From Candidatus Saccharimonas sp. (GTDB lineage: Bacteria; Patescibacteriota; Saccharimonadia; Saccharimonadales; Saccharimonadaceae): a DNA stretch of 32,000 bases. The notes under the pieces are model-generated. The model made no database searches, was not told the DNA's origin, and worked only from the letters and a program-made list of their open reading frames with translations. Below, piece after piece: positions 14,741 to 23,701 of the stretch (positions are counted from its first letter, which is position 1; every line of letters starts with the position of its first letter). The translations under genes and the position numbers were made by a program. The stretch is taken from NCBI GenBank assembly GCA_015256915.3, contig CP076101.2, positions 510,001-542,000 of the forward strand, written 5' to 3'.

Positions 14741-15163
14741 CTAGAATAAATCTCCAGCATCTTGATACTTCAAGCTTGCAGGCTTAATATATTCAATGTA
14801 ACTAGCACCATTAATCTTTAAGCTTGGGTTCTGGCCCTTATTAATCATTTCTTCAAGATTCTTAAATGTTTGTTCCTGATTTTCTGTTCCAATAAAAAGC
14901 CGCATCATTACGCAGTTAGAATCTTTCTCATTTCCTGCCTTTTTCGAAATCTCATCACCTAAAGCTTTAGCGTTTTTAGTATATTCTTCTTTTCTACCTT
15001 TGATATTGTTATATCTATTAATAATATCATCCCCACAAACCGAACCAACAGGGTTTTTCATTGCGGCAATATCATTTTTATTTTTAATTACTTGCACCAC
15101 GTTTAGCCCTGCACTCAAAACAGCAATAGCTAAAACTACGCCAAATAATATTTTATGTTTCAT
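14741..15163 (-). CDS. Small N-terminally anchored or secreted protein (140 aa), first gene of the exported-protein operon
   Basis: N-terminus MKHKILFGVVLAIAVLSAGLNVV is a signal or anchor sequence. SD GGAGGG (15178-15173) lies 9 nt before ATG 15163. Confidence 0.65.
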   Translation of the reverse strand: MKHKILFGVVLAIAVLSAGLNVVQVIKNKNDIAAMKNPVGSVCGDDIINRYNNIKGRKEEYTKNAKALGDEISKKAGNEKDSNCVMMRLFIGTENQEQTFKNLEEMINKGQNPSLKINGASYIEYIKPASLKYQDAGDLF

Positions 15164-15202
15164 TATCTAAGTCCCTCCACCTTAAAAATATTTCCTAAAA
15201 TA

Positions 15203-15231
15203 ATTATAAACAAAAGCGTTTTAAAAATCAA
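15203..15231 (-). promoter_or_regulatory. Sigma-70 promoter for the exported-protein operon
   Basis: The minus strand reads TTGATT (15231-15226), a 17-nt spacer, then TATAAT (15208-15203). A ~35-nt leader carries the SD. Confidence 0.65.
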
Positions 15232-15269
15232 GACCACACCGCAAAAACCTATCTTACAATATATATTTA

Positions 15270-17852
15270 TTACATATTTAGCCAATCTTTGCCAATAGAA
15301 ACTTCAACCTTTAATTTAACATTTAATTCTGGAGCCACGCTCTCCATTTCTTGTTTTAAAATTTCTGCCACATTTTCAGCATTTTCAGCTGGAACTTCCA
15401 CCAAAATTGAATCATGAATTTGTAAAATTTGTTCACCGAGCCCAGCTTTTACAATTTTTTCATCAACAGCCAACATCGCTCGCTTCATTAAGTCTGCCTC
15501 AGTACCTTGAATTGGCATATTCTGCGCTGCTCGCTTTGCCATCTCACGAATCATAAAATTACTCGATTTTATATCTGGCATTGGTCGCCTTCGACCAAAA
15601 AATGTCTCTACAAAACCTTCATCCTGAGCTTTTTTTAATGTATTATCCATAAGCTCCCGAATCGGTTTGTGCGCATTGAAATACTCTTCAATATATTTTT
15701 TCGCCTCATAAAAACCAACTCCAATCGTACCAGAAAGATTATGAGCTCCAACACCATAAAGAACACTGAAATTAATAATTTTTGCAACGCGTCGTTGCTC
15801 TTTCGAGACTTCATCAATCGGAACGCCAAAAACCTCACTCGCAGTCTTTGCGTGGATATCTAAATCTTTTTCAAAAGTCTCAATCAAAGGTTTGTCGTTC
15901 GCCAAAACTGCCGCCAATCTTAATTCAAACTGTGAATAATCTGCTGAAACTAGTAAATTTCCCTTTTTCGCCACAAATCCCTCACGAATACGCCGACCAA
16001 GCTCAGAACGAATCGGTATATTTTGCAAATTAGGATTACTTGAAGAAAGCCGCCCCGTTGTTGTTACATCTTGCGCAAAATTGCTATGAATCCGATTTTT
16101 TTCATCTGCAAGCTTCGGCAAAGCATCAACATAGGTACTTTTTAATTTTGAAAACTCACGGAATTGCTCAATTTTTTCAACAATCGGACTATATTCTCGT
16201 AGTTTATCAAGCTCTTTTTGCCCTGTCGAAAAGCCATTTTTTGATTTTTTAATACCTTTTGTCGGTAGGCTTAAATCTTCAAAAAGAACTTTCGAAAGCT
16301 GCAATGGACTAGCAACATTAAATTCCCGCCCAGCAATTTCAAAAATTTCCTTCTCAATCTTTGAAATTTCACCAGCAAATTCCACACTCATCTTAGCAAA
16401 AATCTCTGGGCAAATTTCAACACCAGCTTTTTCCATTTTAAATAAAACCAAACTCATTGGGAAATCTAATTTTTCAGCAATTTCACGAATTCTTGGTAAA
16501 TCTTCAAGCTTTTTTTGTTGACGCTCAAAGATAATCCGCATCGCTGAAATTCGAACCTTCGAATCATCTTCATCTATTTTTTCGCCATAAATTCCACTCA
16601 AACTTTTATCGCGGATTAAAGCATTCAACAAAAATTCCAATTGCTCAATATCGTAAATTTCACCCCAATCTTCAAAATCACTACCAGCATTAAAAATTTT
16701 ATGAAATGCTTCTTTCGCATTAAAGAAGACTGTTTTTGTATTTTTGAAGAAATCAGCAAATTTCGAAAATTCCATAAAATTAAACTCTGCAATATTTTCA
16801 AAATTCGAAACTAGAATTTTTGATTTTTTAGTATCGAAATCAAAGAAAACCAAATCTTGTGGTTTTTTGAAAAACTTTTCAGCAGAAATTTCTGGCAAAA
16901 TATTAATCTCAGAAGGTTTCAAAACTTCTTCAAAAAGCCTAATTTGGTTTCCATTTTTTGTTTCAAAATCCTCTGAGCTAGTTTTCATCTCTTTTGGAAT
17001 TTTTCGCACCAAAGAGTTAAATTCAAGCTTTCGAAGCATTTTTAAAACTTCTTCATAATTAAAATTATGGATATCAGCATCTTCAAAGTTAAGCTCAACT
17101 GGTGCATCAAGAAAAATTTCAGCAATTTTTTTACTCATAAACGCCAAATCTTTGCCATCTTCAAGTTTTTTTCGCCAAGCTGGTTTGATATTTTCAAGAT
17201 TTTCATAAATTCCCTCAAGCGTAAAAAACTCTTGCAAAAGTTGCGTAGCAGTTTTTGGGCCAATCCCTGGCACACCTGGAATATTGTCGCTAGAATCACC
17301 TTGAAGTGCTTTTAAATCTAAAAATTGAGATTGTTTTAAGCCATATTTGTTTTCAAAATATTCAAGATCAAATTCTTCGATGTCCGAAAATCCGCGCTTC
17401 ATTGCAAAAACTTTAGTATTTTCATCAATCAATTGCAACATATCAAGATCAGAAGTAATCAAATTTGCTTCAACTCCAAGCTTATTTGCCTGAACCGCTA
17501 GAGTCCCCAAAATATCATCAGCCTCATAGCCATCAGTTTCAAAAAGAGGCCATCCTAAAGTCTTCAAAAAATCCTTTAAAAGCGGAATTTGTTCATAGAA
17601 ATCATCTGGCGCTTTTTTTCGCCCAGCTTTATATTCAGGATAAATTGCACTTCTTTTTGCGGTTGAAGTTCCTTTTTTATCCCAAGCCACAACCACATAA
17701 TCTGGTTTTAATTTTCGAATAACCTCAAAAGCTAAACTGGCAAAACCATAAACACCACCTGTTGGCGTTCCGTCTTCAAGACTCAAATTACCCATAGCGT
17801 AGTAGCCCCGATAAAATACACTTTTTCCGTCAATAATCACTAACTTTTTCAT
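15270..17852 (-). CDS. polA: DNA polymerase I; the proofreading domain is probably inactive
   Basis: 5'-nuclease domain: GYEADDILGT and GDSSDNIPGVPGIGPKTA. Polymerase motif A is LLVSADYSQFELRLAA, motif B is RRVAKIINFSVLYG, and motif C is ILQIHDSILVE. The central domain reads FDFDTKKS where Klenow has the ExoI FDTETD, so the Glu is missing, and I see no ExoII or ExoIII match. Confidence 0.93.
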   Translation of the reverse strand: MKKLVIIDGKSVFYRGYYAMGNLSLEDGTPTGGVYGFASLAFEVIRKLKPDYVVVAWDKKGTSTAKRSAIYPEYKAGRKKAPDDFYEQIPLLKDFLKTLGWPLFETDGYEADDILGTLAVQANKLGVEANLITSDLDMLQLIDENTKVFAMKRGFSDIEEFDLEYFENKYGLKQSQFLDLKALQGDSSDNIPGVPGIGPKTATQLLQEFFTLEGIYENLENIKPAWRKKLEDGKDLAFMSKKIAEIFLDAPVELNFEDADIHNFNYEEVLKMLRKLEFNSLVRKIPKEMKTSSEDFETKNGNQIRLFEEVLKPSEINILPEISAEKFFKKPQDLVFFDFDTKKSKILVSNFENIAEFNFMEFSKFADFFKNTKTVFFNAKEAFHKIFNAGSDFEDWGEIYDIEQLEFLLNALIRDKSLSGIYGEKIDEDDSKVRISAMRIIFERQQKKLEDLPRIREIAEKLDFPMSLVLFKMEKAGVEICPEIFAKMSVEFAGEISKIEKEIFEIAGREFNVASPLQLSKVLFEDLSLPTKGIKKSKNGFSTGQKELDKLREYSPIVEKIEQFREFSKLKSTYVDALPKLADEKNRIHSNFAQDVTTTGRLSSSNPNLQNIPIRSELGRRIREGFVAKKGNLLVSADYSQFELRLAAVLANDKPLIETFEKDLDIHAKTASEVFGVPIDEVSKEQRRVAKIINFSVLYGVGAHNLSGTIGVGFYEAKKYIEEYFNAHKPIRELMDNTLKKAQDEGFVETFFGRRRPMPDIKSSNFMIREMAKRAAQNMPIQGTEADLMKRAMLAVDEKIVKAGLGEQILQIHDSILVEVPAENAENVAEILKQEMESVAPELNVKLKVEVSIGKDWLNM

Positions 17853-17860
17853 TATATTCC

Positions 17861-17869
17861 ATTATATCA
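17861..17869 (-). promoter_or_regulatory. Extended -10 TGATATAAT for polA (leaderless geometry)
   Basis: The minus strand reads TGATATAAT, then ggaatata (8 nt), then ATG 17852. There is no SD. Confidence 0.55.
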
Positions 17870-17895
17870 CGCTTGAGGATATTTTTCACTTTTTC

Positions 17896-17925
17896 AAAAA
17901 CTAAAATAGGGCAATATAACCCTAT
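17896..17925 (-). terminator. Rho-independent terminator after trxB
   Basis: The minus strand reads ATAGGG ttatattg CCCTAT followed by TTTAGTTTTT. The 5' arm overlaps the trxB TAG stop. Confidence 0.65.
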
Positions 17926-18863
17926 TTTTCATTGTGTAAAAATTCTGAGATTTTTATTGCTGCTTGAGCACCGGTTGCTGCAGCCACCACAATCTGTTTT
18001 TGTGCATTTTCAATTATATCGCCAGAAGCATAAACTCTTGGAATATTTGTTTCAAAATTGCTATTTACAACAATCTCACCATAGTTATTAACTTCAACAC
18101 CAGATTTTTTTGCAAAACCAGAATTTGGGATCAATCCAATAAATTCAAAAATTGCCGCAGCTTTAATTTCAAAAGTTTTTCTACCCTCTTCAGTTTGCTG
18201 TTTTATGAGAGCACCAATAATTTTTTCACCAAAATCAGTCTTTTCGAAAAGGAATTCCTCAATTTCAGTTTTCAAAAATAACTCAATTTTACCGGATTCA
18301 ACTGCTTCAAAAAGTCGCTCTTGCAAGACCGCTTGTGCCGAAATTTCACCCCGAACTAAAAGCTTAACTTTTGAAAATCGGCTCAAAAATAGAACTTCAG
18401 TTACCGCAGAATTACCACCACCAACTGCAATCAAATCTTTTTCAGCATAAAATGGACCGTCACAAGTTGCACAAGTGTGAACGCCTCGCCCAAAAAATTC
18501 TTCTTCTCGCGGCAGACCAAGCATTCTATATGAATTTCCCGTTGCAATCAAAACTGTTTTTGAATCAAATTTTTCGCCATCAATATCTAATCGTACGAAA
18601 TTGCCAATATTTTCAAAACCTAAGACTTCACCATAATCAAATTTTGCACCAAATTTTTCAGCTTGAACTCGCATCTTTTTTGAAAGCTCAAGCCCAGAAA
18701 TTCCTTCATCAAAACCTGGATAGTTTTCAATTAAATCTGAAGTTGTCGCAATTCCGCCAAAAGCCGCTTTTTCAAAAACTCGCACGCTCAGGCCATCTCG
18801 TGCAGCATAAATTGCCGCACTCAACGCAGACGGGCCTGAACCAACAATAACCAAATCAGTCAT
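17922..18863 (-). CDS. trxB: Thioredoxin-disulfide reductase
   Basis: FAD motif VIVGSGPSALSAAIYAAR, redox centre CATCDG, and NADPH motif GGGNSAVTE. The track start at 18878 is TTG. ATG 18863 has GAGGA 8 nt upstream and overlaps the FKBP gene stop by 8 nt, so it is preferred. Confidence 0.92.
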   Translation of the reverse strand: MTDLVIVGSGPSALSAAIYAARDGLSVRVFEKAAFGGIATTSDLIENYPGFDEGISGLELSKKMRVQAEKFGAKFDYGEVLGFENIGNFVRLDIDGEKFDSKTVLIATGNSYRMLGLPREEEFFGRGVHTCATCDGPFYAEKDLIAVGGGNSAVTEVLFLSRFSKVKLLVRGEISAQAVLQERLFEAVESGKIELFLKTEIEEFLFEKTDFGEKIIGALIKQQTEEGRKTFEIKAAAIFEFIGLIPNSGFAKKSGVEVNNYGEIVVNSNFETNIPRVYASGDIIENAQKQIVVAAATGAQAAIKISEFLHNEK

Positions 18864-19545
18864 TTTGGTTTTCCTCAAGACTTGGTTGTGGAATTTCTTG
18901 AAATTCAGGAATTAACATTACAATAAATTTTAAAGGTGTATTTGGACCAATAGTTTTCGAAGAATCTTCCTGATTTACCGAGCCCTGAGCACCATAAGCC
19001 TTATCCGCAGGAATAGATAATTCACGAATTCCGCCAACTTTCATTCCTTTTAGACCTTCACTCCAGCCTTCAATTAAGCCCCATTTTTTACCCTCTTTAC
19101 GAAAGACTACTGGCGATTTTAATCTACCATTTTCAAAGCTTCCATCAAAAACTATACCATCGGGTTTCCAGCCGATGTAATAAGCCTGGAATTTCGTTGT
19201 TGAATCTGTAAATTCTTCACCATTGCCCTCTTTTAAATCTTTTTTCGTAAGTTCTTTTACGCTCGCAGCATTAAATGCAACTGGAGCTTTTTCATATTCC
19301 TTAAAACTGTCGTAATATTTGGCCGAAAGTTCTTTCGCCTGCTCTTCAACCTTTTTTCTGTAATCTTGGTATTTTTTCAAAACTTGCGATTGCTTTTTTT
19401 GTGCTTCTGAATTGCTTTCAGTCTGCAAGAATGAAGAAACATAAAGTGCCACAGTTGAAACAATCGTTAAAATTAAAATCACCCAAATTGAATATCTCTG
19501 CCAAGCTGGTGTACCAGTTTGTAATGAATTTTTCTTTGTTGCCAT
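18856..19545 (-). CDS. FKBP-type peptidyl-prolyl cis-trans isomerase with an N-terminal membrane anchor
   Basis: TM helix YSIWVILILTIVSTVALYVSSF. FKBP core: YYIGWKPDGIVFDGSF ... GLIEGWSEGLKGMKVGGIRELSIPADKAYG ... PLKFIVMLI. SD AGGAG overlaps the pheT stop. Confidence 0.85.
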   Translation of the reverse strand: MATKKNSLQTGTPAWQRYSIWVILILTIVSTVALYVSSFLQTESNSEAQKKQSQVLKKYQDYRKKVEEQAKELSAKYYDSFKEYEKAPVAFNAASVKELTKKDLKEGNGEEFTDSTTKFQAYYIGWKPDGIVFDGSFENGRLKSPVVFRKEGKKWGLIEGWSEGLKGMKVGGIRELSIPADKAYGAQGSVNQEDSSKTIGPNTPLKFIVMLIPEFQEIPQPSLEENQND

Positions 19546-19553
19546 CTTTTCTC

Positions 19554-22049
19554 CTAAATTATCTTTCCGCCATTTTTTATGGCTTTTTCTTCAATTTTTT
19601 GCATAATTTCCCGAATCTCTTCACCGTTCAAAGTTTTTTCGAAAGGCGTAATCTTAAATCGAATTGAAATATTTTTTGAGCCATCACAATTATTAAAAAT
19701 ATCAATTGGTGAAGTTTCAATATCAATTTTGCTAAATTCATCAGAAATATTCTCAAAAATACTAAAAATTTCAGCAAATTTGCGATTTTCTTCAACATTA
19801 ATCGAAATATCGCGCTCAACAGATTGGAACTTTGAAAAATCCCTAATTTTTACATTCGAATTTTCAATATTTTCAAGTAAAATTTGCAAATTAAGCTCAA
19901 ATCCAGCAGTTGATTCTGGCAGTTTTAGCGCTTTTTGAACTGGTTTTCTAAACTCACCAATCACTCCTAAAATTATCTTTTTGCCATTTTTAGAAATTCG
20001 CATTAAAGCCGAACGTTTTGGTTCAAATTCAGTTGAGAGTGGTGATTTTTCAGTTTCAAATTTCACAAATTCTACATTTAAACCAAGCTTTTTGAATAGA
20101 AATTCTGCATAATTCTTCACTTCATAAAATGCATTTTCACCCTTATTTTTTGTATAAACGAACGCCAATTTCTTCTGTTCAACTGGCACATTTTCATCAT
20201 TCAGGCCAAGTGACTTTTCAGTAATTTTATTCATTTCGAAAATTGCAAATTCACCAAAACCTGCACGAATATTATGACTAATTTTAGAAAGCAAACTTGG
20301 CATTAAAGTTTGGCGATAATATTGTAAATCTGGCGAGATCGAATTGATAATCTTGTAAGAGTTTTGTGGATCTTGGCCAACCTTTTCAAGCAAATCACCG
20401 TGAACAAAACTATAAGTCAAAACTTCATTTGCACCGCTTGCCGCTAAAATATTACGAATTTCGGATTGAAGCAAGTCGATTTTTGCTTTTTTTACCGCTT
20501 TAAAAGTTCGACTTGGCAGCTGCAATTTAATATTATCATAGCCATTCAATCTCCCAACTTCTTCAATTAAATCCTCCTCAATATGCAGATCATTTCGCCA
20601 AAATGGAATCATAAAAGTTTCAGGATTTTCATTTTTTGCTAAAATTCCAACATTTTCTAGAGTTTGTTGAATTTCTTCATTCGAAAAATCTGTTCCCAAA
20701 ACTTGGTTAATTTTATCTTTCGAAACTGAAATTTCAGTTTTATTGTAATAAAAATCACCATTTGAATCTACAACCTCACTCAAAGGTTTTCCGCCAAGTT
20801 CCAAAATTCGCGCACCAAACAAATCAAGAACTTTTCGCGATATCATTTCTGGAACACCTTTTGTGAAGCGCGTAATTGCCTCCGAGAAAATTCCATGACG
20901 CATTTGTGTATTTCGCAAATTATAAAGATTAAATGTAGCGCTTTCCGCTAAGATTCGTGTTGTATTTTCATCAATTGCGGTTGAAGCTCCACCCATTGCG
21001 CCAGCAAGTGCCACGGCTGTTTCAGCATTTTCACCAATTGCAATCACGATATCTTGGTTGTTCATTTTGATTTTTTTGCCATCTAAAAGCTCTAATTCTT
21101 CATTTTCGAAAGCTTTTCGAACGGTTATTTTAATGTTTTCGCTACCGTTAATTTTTACTAATTTATCAAAATCAAATGTGTGGAGTGGTTGACCAGTTTC
21201 AAGCATAAGTTCATTTGCTAAATCAGTTATAGAATCAATTGGCCGCATTCCAGAACGCAAAAGATAAGTTTTTACAATTGTTAAGTTTGGATTTTTAAAA
21301 ATTTCAGAGATATCAAAAACTGCCGCCGTGTAACGTTCACAAATTTCAGGATCTTGAATTTCAACTTCAACCATTTTATTGCTTTGAGCTTTAAAATTTA
21401 AGCCTCTTATAAAATCTGGCTCAACAAATTTTTGCCCCAAGATTCCCGCAACTTCACGAGCAAATCCAACAATCCCAAAACAATCTGGGCGATGAGTCAG
21501 ACTTTTATTTTCAACTTCAAGCAAAAAATCATTTAATTCAAATTTCTCCGCAAAAGAATCACCTGCCTGAACGCCGTTTTCGAAAACCTCTGGTGAAATT
21601 TCAAGAATACCATCATGTTCTTCACCTAAACCAAGCTCGCGAAGGCTCGCTATCATTCCGTTGCTCATATAACCCATCAGTTTTCGTGCGCCAAGCTTAA
21701 AGTTTTCACCACCAAAAGTTTCTGGCACGATTGACTCCGGCGGAAGCCAAGCCACAAAAATACCGGCTCGCACATTTAGTGCACCACAAACCACCTGAAT
21801 AAACCCATCTTCATCGCGAGTAATATTTTTTCTTACACCACCATCATCAATCTTGCATAGATTTAAATGATCAGAATTTTCAACTTTCTGCGCAGAAACA
21901 ACCTTAGCAATAATCACATCTTTATACTTTTCGCCCAAATTTTCAATACTTTCAATTTCAACCAGCCTTGCACCAATCAATTTCGAAAGCTCACCAATAT
22001 CTGGCAAATCTGGAACAAATTTTTTAAGCCAATTTACTGAAATTATCAT
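19554..22049 (-). CDS. pheT: Phenylalanine--tRNA ligase beta subunit
   Basis: 831 aa. The N-terminal tRNA-binding fold is IIAKVVSAQKVENSDHLNLCKIDDG. The B3/4 and B5 regions and C-terminal FDX-ACB-like domain follow, and the gene sits downstream of pheS. SD AGGAG lies 6 nt before ATG 22049. Confidence 0.93.
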   Translation of the reverse strand: MIISVNWLKKFVPDLPDIGELSKLIGARLVEIESIENLGEKYKDVIIAKVVSAQKVENSDHLNLCKIDDGGVRKNITRDEDGFIQVVCGALNVRAGIFVAWLPPESIVPETFGGENFKLGARKLMGYMSNGMIASLRELGLGEEHDGILEISPEVFENGVQAGDSFAEKFELNDFLLEVENKSLTHRPDCFGIVGFAREVAGILGQKFVEPDFIRGLNFKAQSNKMVEVEIQDPEICERYTAAVFDISEIFKNPNLTIVKTYLLRSGMRPIDSITDLANELMLETGQPLHTFDFDKLVKINGSENIKITVRKAFENEELELLDGKKIKMNNQDIVIAIGENAETAVALAGAMGGASTAIDENTTRILAESATFNLYNLRNTQMRHGIFSEAITRFTKGVPEMISRKVLDLFGARILELGGKPLSEVVDSNGDFYYNKTEISVSKDKINQVLGTDFSNEEIQQTLENVGILAKNENPETFMIPFWRNDLHIEEDLIEEVGRLNGYDNIKLQLPSRTFKAVKKAKIDLLQSEIRNILAASGANEVLTYSFVHGDLLEKVGQDPQNSYKIINSISPDLQYYRQTLMPSLLSKISHNIRAGFGEFAIFEMNKITEKSLGLNDENVPVEQKKLAFVYTKNKGENAFYEVKNYAEFLFKKLGLNVEFVKFETEKSPLSTEFEPKRSALMRISKNGKKIILGVIGEFRKPVQKALKLPESTAGFELNLQILLENIENSNVKIRDFSKFQSVERDISINVEENRKFAEIFSIFENISDEFSKIDIETSPIDIFNNCDGSKNISIRFKITPFEKTLNGEEIREIMQKIEEKAIKNGGKII

Positions 22050-22285
22050 TTATCACTCCTTCTTAATCCAAAAATATTTCTAATCGTATCAGCAATGGGT
22101 TTTTCGAAAATCTTACAATAAAAACGTTGCCTTCCCCTACTAAAATCCTCACAATGAGTATCTTCTTCTGCAAAGGCTGAAACTCCGGCGAAAAATACAA
22201 TAGCTACAGCAAAAAATATCAAAGCAGTCTTTAAACCAGACAGAGATCTCTTATTATCTATTTTTCTCCATTCTTGCTCGGTCAT
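22046..22285 (-). CDS. Small single-pass membrane protein (79 aa) inserted between pheS and pheT
   Basis: ATG 22285 directly follows the pheS TAA, and AAGGAA lies upstream. The TGA stop overlaps the pheT ATG as ATGA. TM helix LKTALIFFAVAIVFFAGVSAF, followed by a C-terminal tail containing 2 Cys. Confidence 0.55.
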   Translation of the reverse strand: MTEQEWRKIDNKRSLSGLKTALIFFAVAIVFFAGVSAFAEEDTHCEDFSRGRQRFYCKIFEKPIADTIRNIFGLRRSDK

Positions 22286-23305
22286 TTAAAATTCCTTTAG
22301 AAATTCTAATTTTGCGCTTTCAAAATAACGAATATCCGAAATTCCATATTTAAGCATTACAAGGCGTTCAATTCCTCCACCCCAAGCAAAACCACGATAT
22401 TTTCTGCTATCAATTCCAGCAGCCTCCAAAACATTCGGGTGAATCATTCCGCAGCCAAGCATCTCAAGCCATTCACCTTTTTTGCCACCAAGTGCCTCAG
22501 GTTTCTCAATTAAAAACTCAAGGCTTGGTTCAGTGAATGGAAAATAGCCTGGCTGCGTGCGAATTTCTAGTTTTTGACCATAGTATTCTTCAAAAAAGGC
22601 ATGAAGAGTGCCAAGCATTTGCGCAAGATTCGCAGTTTCGCTCACAAAAACGCCCTCACATTGATAAAAAGTATGTTCATGAGTAGCATCTAAGTCTTCA
22701 TTGCGAAAAACTCTACCATAAGAAACATGCGCAATTTGACCCTCTTCTTTAAGCTGCTTTTTACCATGCTTCAAAACACGGTTTTGCATTGTTGAGGTGT
22801 GAGCTGGCGGAATAAAGTTTTCTTCTGTTCGAAAAGTATCGTAGCCATCTCGTGCTGGGTGGTTTTCAGGAAAGTTTAACGCGCCAAACATATTCCAGTC
22901 GTTATCGATCTGTCGAGATTCTACTGCCTCAAAGCCCATTCGTGTATAAATATCCACCACTTTTTCAAGCTCTTTTTGGAGCGGATGCTTCGAACCATTT
23001 TCCGCACTCAAAAGCTGTGGTTTTTGAGAAATCTTATCACGCGAGCTTTCTGCAAAAGGTGCCGAGATATCAATCTCTTCAACTTCAGCATTCTCTTTTT
23101 CTTCAAGTTTTTTCGAAACTTCAGCCTGAATTTCATTTTTCAAATCATTCACTTTTGCGCCAAATTCACCTTTTTGCTCATTTGGCAAAGTTGGAATAAT
23201 TTTATAAAGTTCTTTAATTTTTGGCGATTTCAAAATATCGCTAGGGTTTTCAAGTGCCTGAAGCTCCGCCAAAAGTTCATTTCTAATCTGTTGAATTTGT
23301 TCCAT
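22286..23305 (-). CDS. pheS: Phenylalanine--tRNA ligase alpha subunit
   Basis: Class II motifs: NFPENHPARD, FRNEDLDATHEHTFYQCEG and GFAWGGGIERLVMLKYGI. Confidence 0.95.
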   Translation of the reverse strand: MEQIQQIRNELLAELQALENPSDILKSPKIKELYKIIPTLPNEQKGEFGAKVNDLKNEIQAEVSKKLEEKENAEVEEIDISAPFAESSRDKISQKPQLLSAENGSKHPLQKELEKVVDIYTRMGFEAVESRQIDNDWNMFGALNFPENHPARDGYDTFRTEENFIPPAHTSTMQNRVLKHGKKQLKEEGQIAHVSYGRVFRNEDLDATHEHTFYQCEGVFVSETANLAQMLGTLHAFFEEYYGQKLEIRTQPGYFPFTEPSLEFLIEKPEALGGKKGEWLEMLGCGMIHPNVLEAAGIDSRKYRGFAWGGGIERLVMLKYGISDIRYFESAKLEFLKEF

Positions 23306-23316
23306 AATTATCTTTA

Positions 23317-23325
23317 ATTATACCA
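23317..23325 (-). promoter_or_regulatory. Extended -10 TGGTATAAT for the pheS operon (near-leaderless)
   Basis: The minus strand reads TCGACA, a 17-nt spacer, TGGTATAAT, then 11 nt and ATG 23305. There is no SD and no room for a T-box leader. Confidence 0.55.
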
Positions 23326-23356
23326 TAACAGTATCTTTTTGTCGATTTTTTAAAAA

Positions 23357-23623
23357 TTAAACTCGCTGTGATGCCACCCAAATATAAAGCCCAAGCGCCA
23401 CCAAAACTGCCACAAAAACTAAAAGCCATATAAAAGCTAGCCCTGTGGTTTCTTTTGTCCCTTCAAGATACGCGCTATCTTCAGGCTGAACGATTTCGCC
23501 TTTACTATTTGGAGTTTCATCCCCCTCTTTGAGTGAGTTTTTAATCTGTTTTTCACGAAGCTCTGCTGCAATCTTTTCTTGCAATTCAGTTCGATTATCA
23601 TCTTGTTTTACATATAAAGCCAT
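23357..23623 (-). CDS. Hypothetical tail-anchored membrane protein (88 aa)
   Basis: A charged N-terminal 60 aa is followed by the C-terminal TM helix LAFIWLLVFVAVLVALGLYIWVA. ATG 23623 lies 6 nt after TGATACAAT. Confidence 0.5.
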   Translation of the reverse strand: MALYVKQDDNRTELQEKIAAELREKQIKNSLKEGDETPNSKGEIVQPEDSAYLEGTKETTGLAFIWLLVFVAVLVALGLYIWVASQRV

Positions 23624-23629
23624 ATCTAT

Positions 23630-23638
23630 ATTGTATCA
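23630..23638 (-). promoter_or_regulatory. Extended -10 TGATACAAT for the 88-aa gene (leaderless geometry)
   Basis: The minus strand reads TGATACAAT, then atagat, then ATG 23623. Confidence 0.45.
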
Positions 23639-23642
23639 GATT

Positions 23643-23672
23643 TTGACATTTTCGAAAAGTTTATGATAAAAT
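23643..23672 (+). promoter_or_regulatory. Sigma-70 promoter for the MIP channel gene
   Basis: TTGACA (23643-23648), an 18-nt spacer, then TGaTAAAAT (23664-23672). The leader carries AAGGAGGG (23691-23698). Confidence 0.65.
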
Positions 23673-23701
23673 ATAAACATAAGTTAAAATAAGGAGGGAA
23701 A

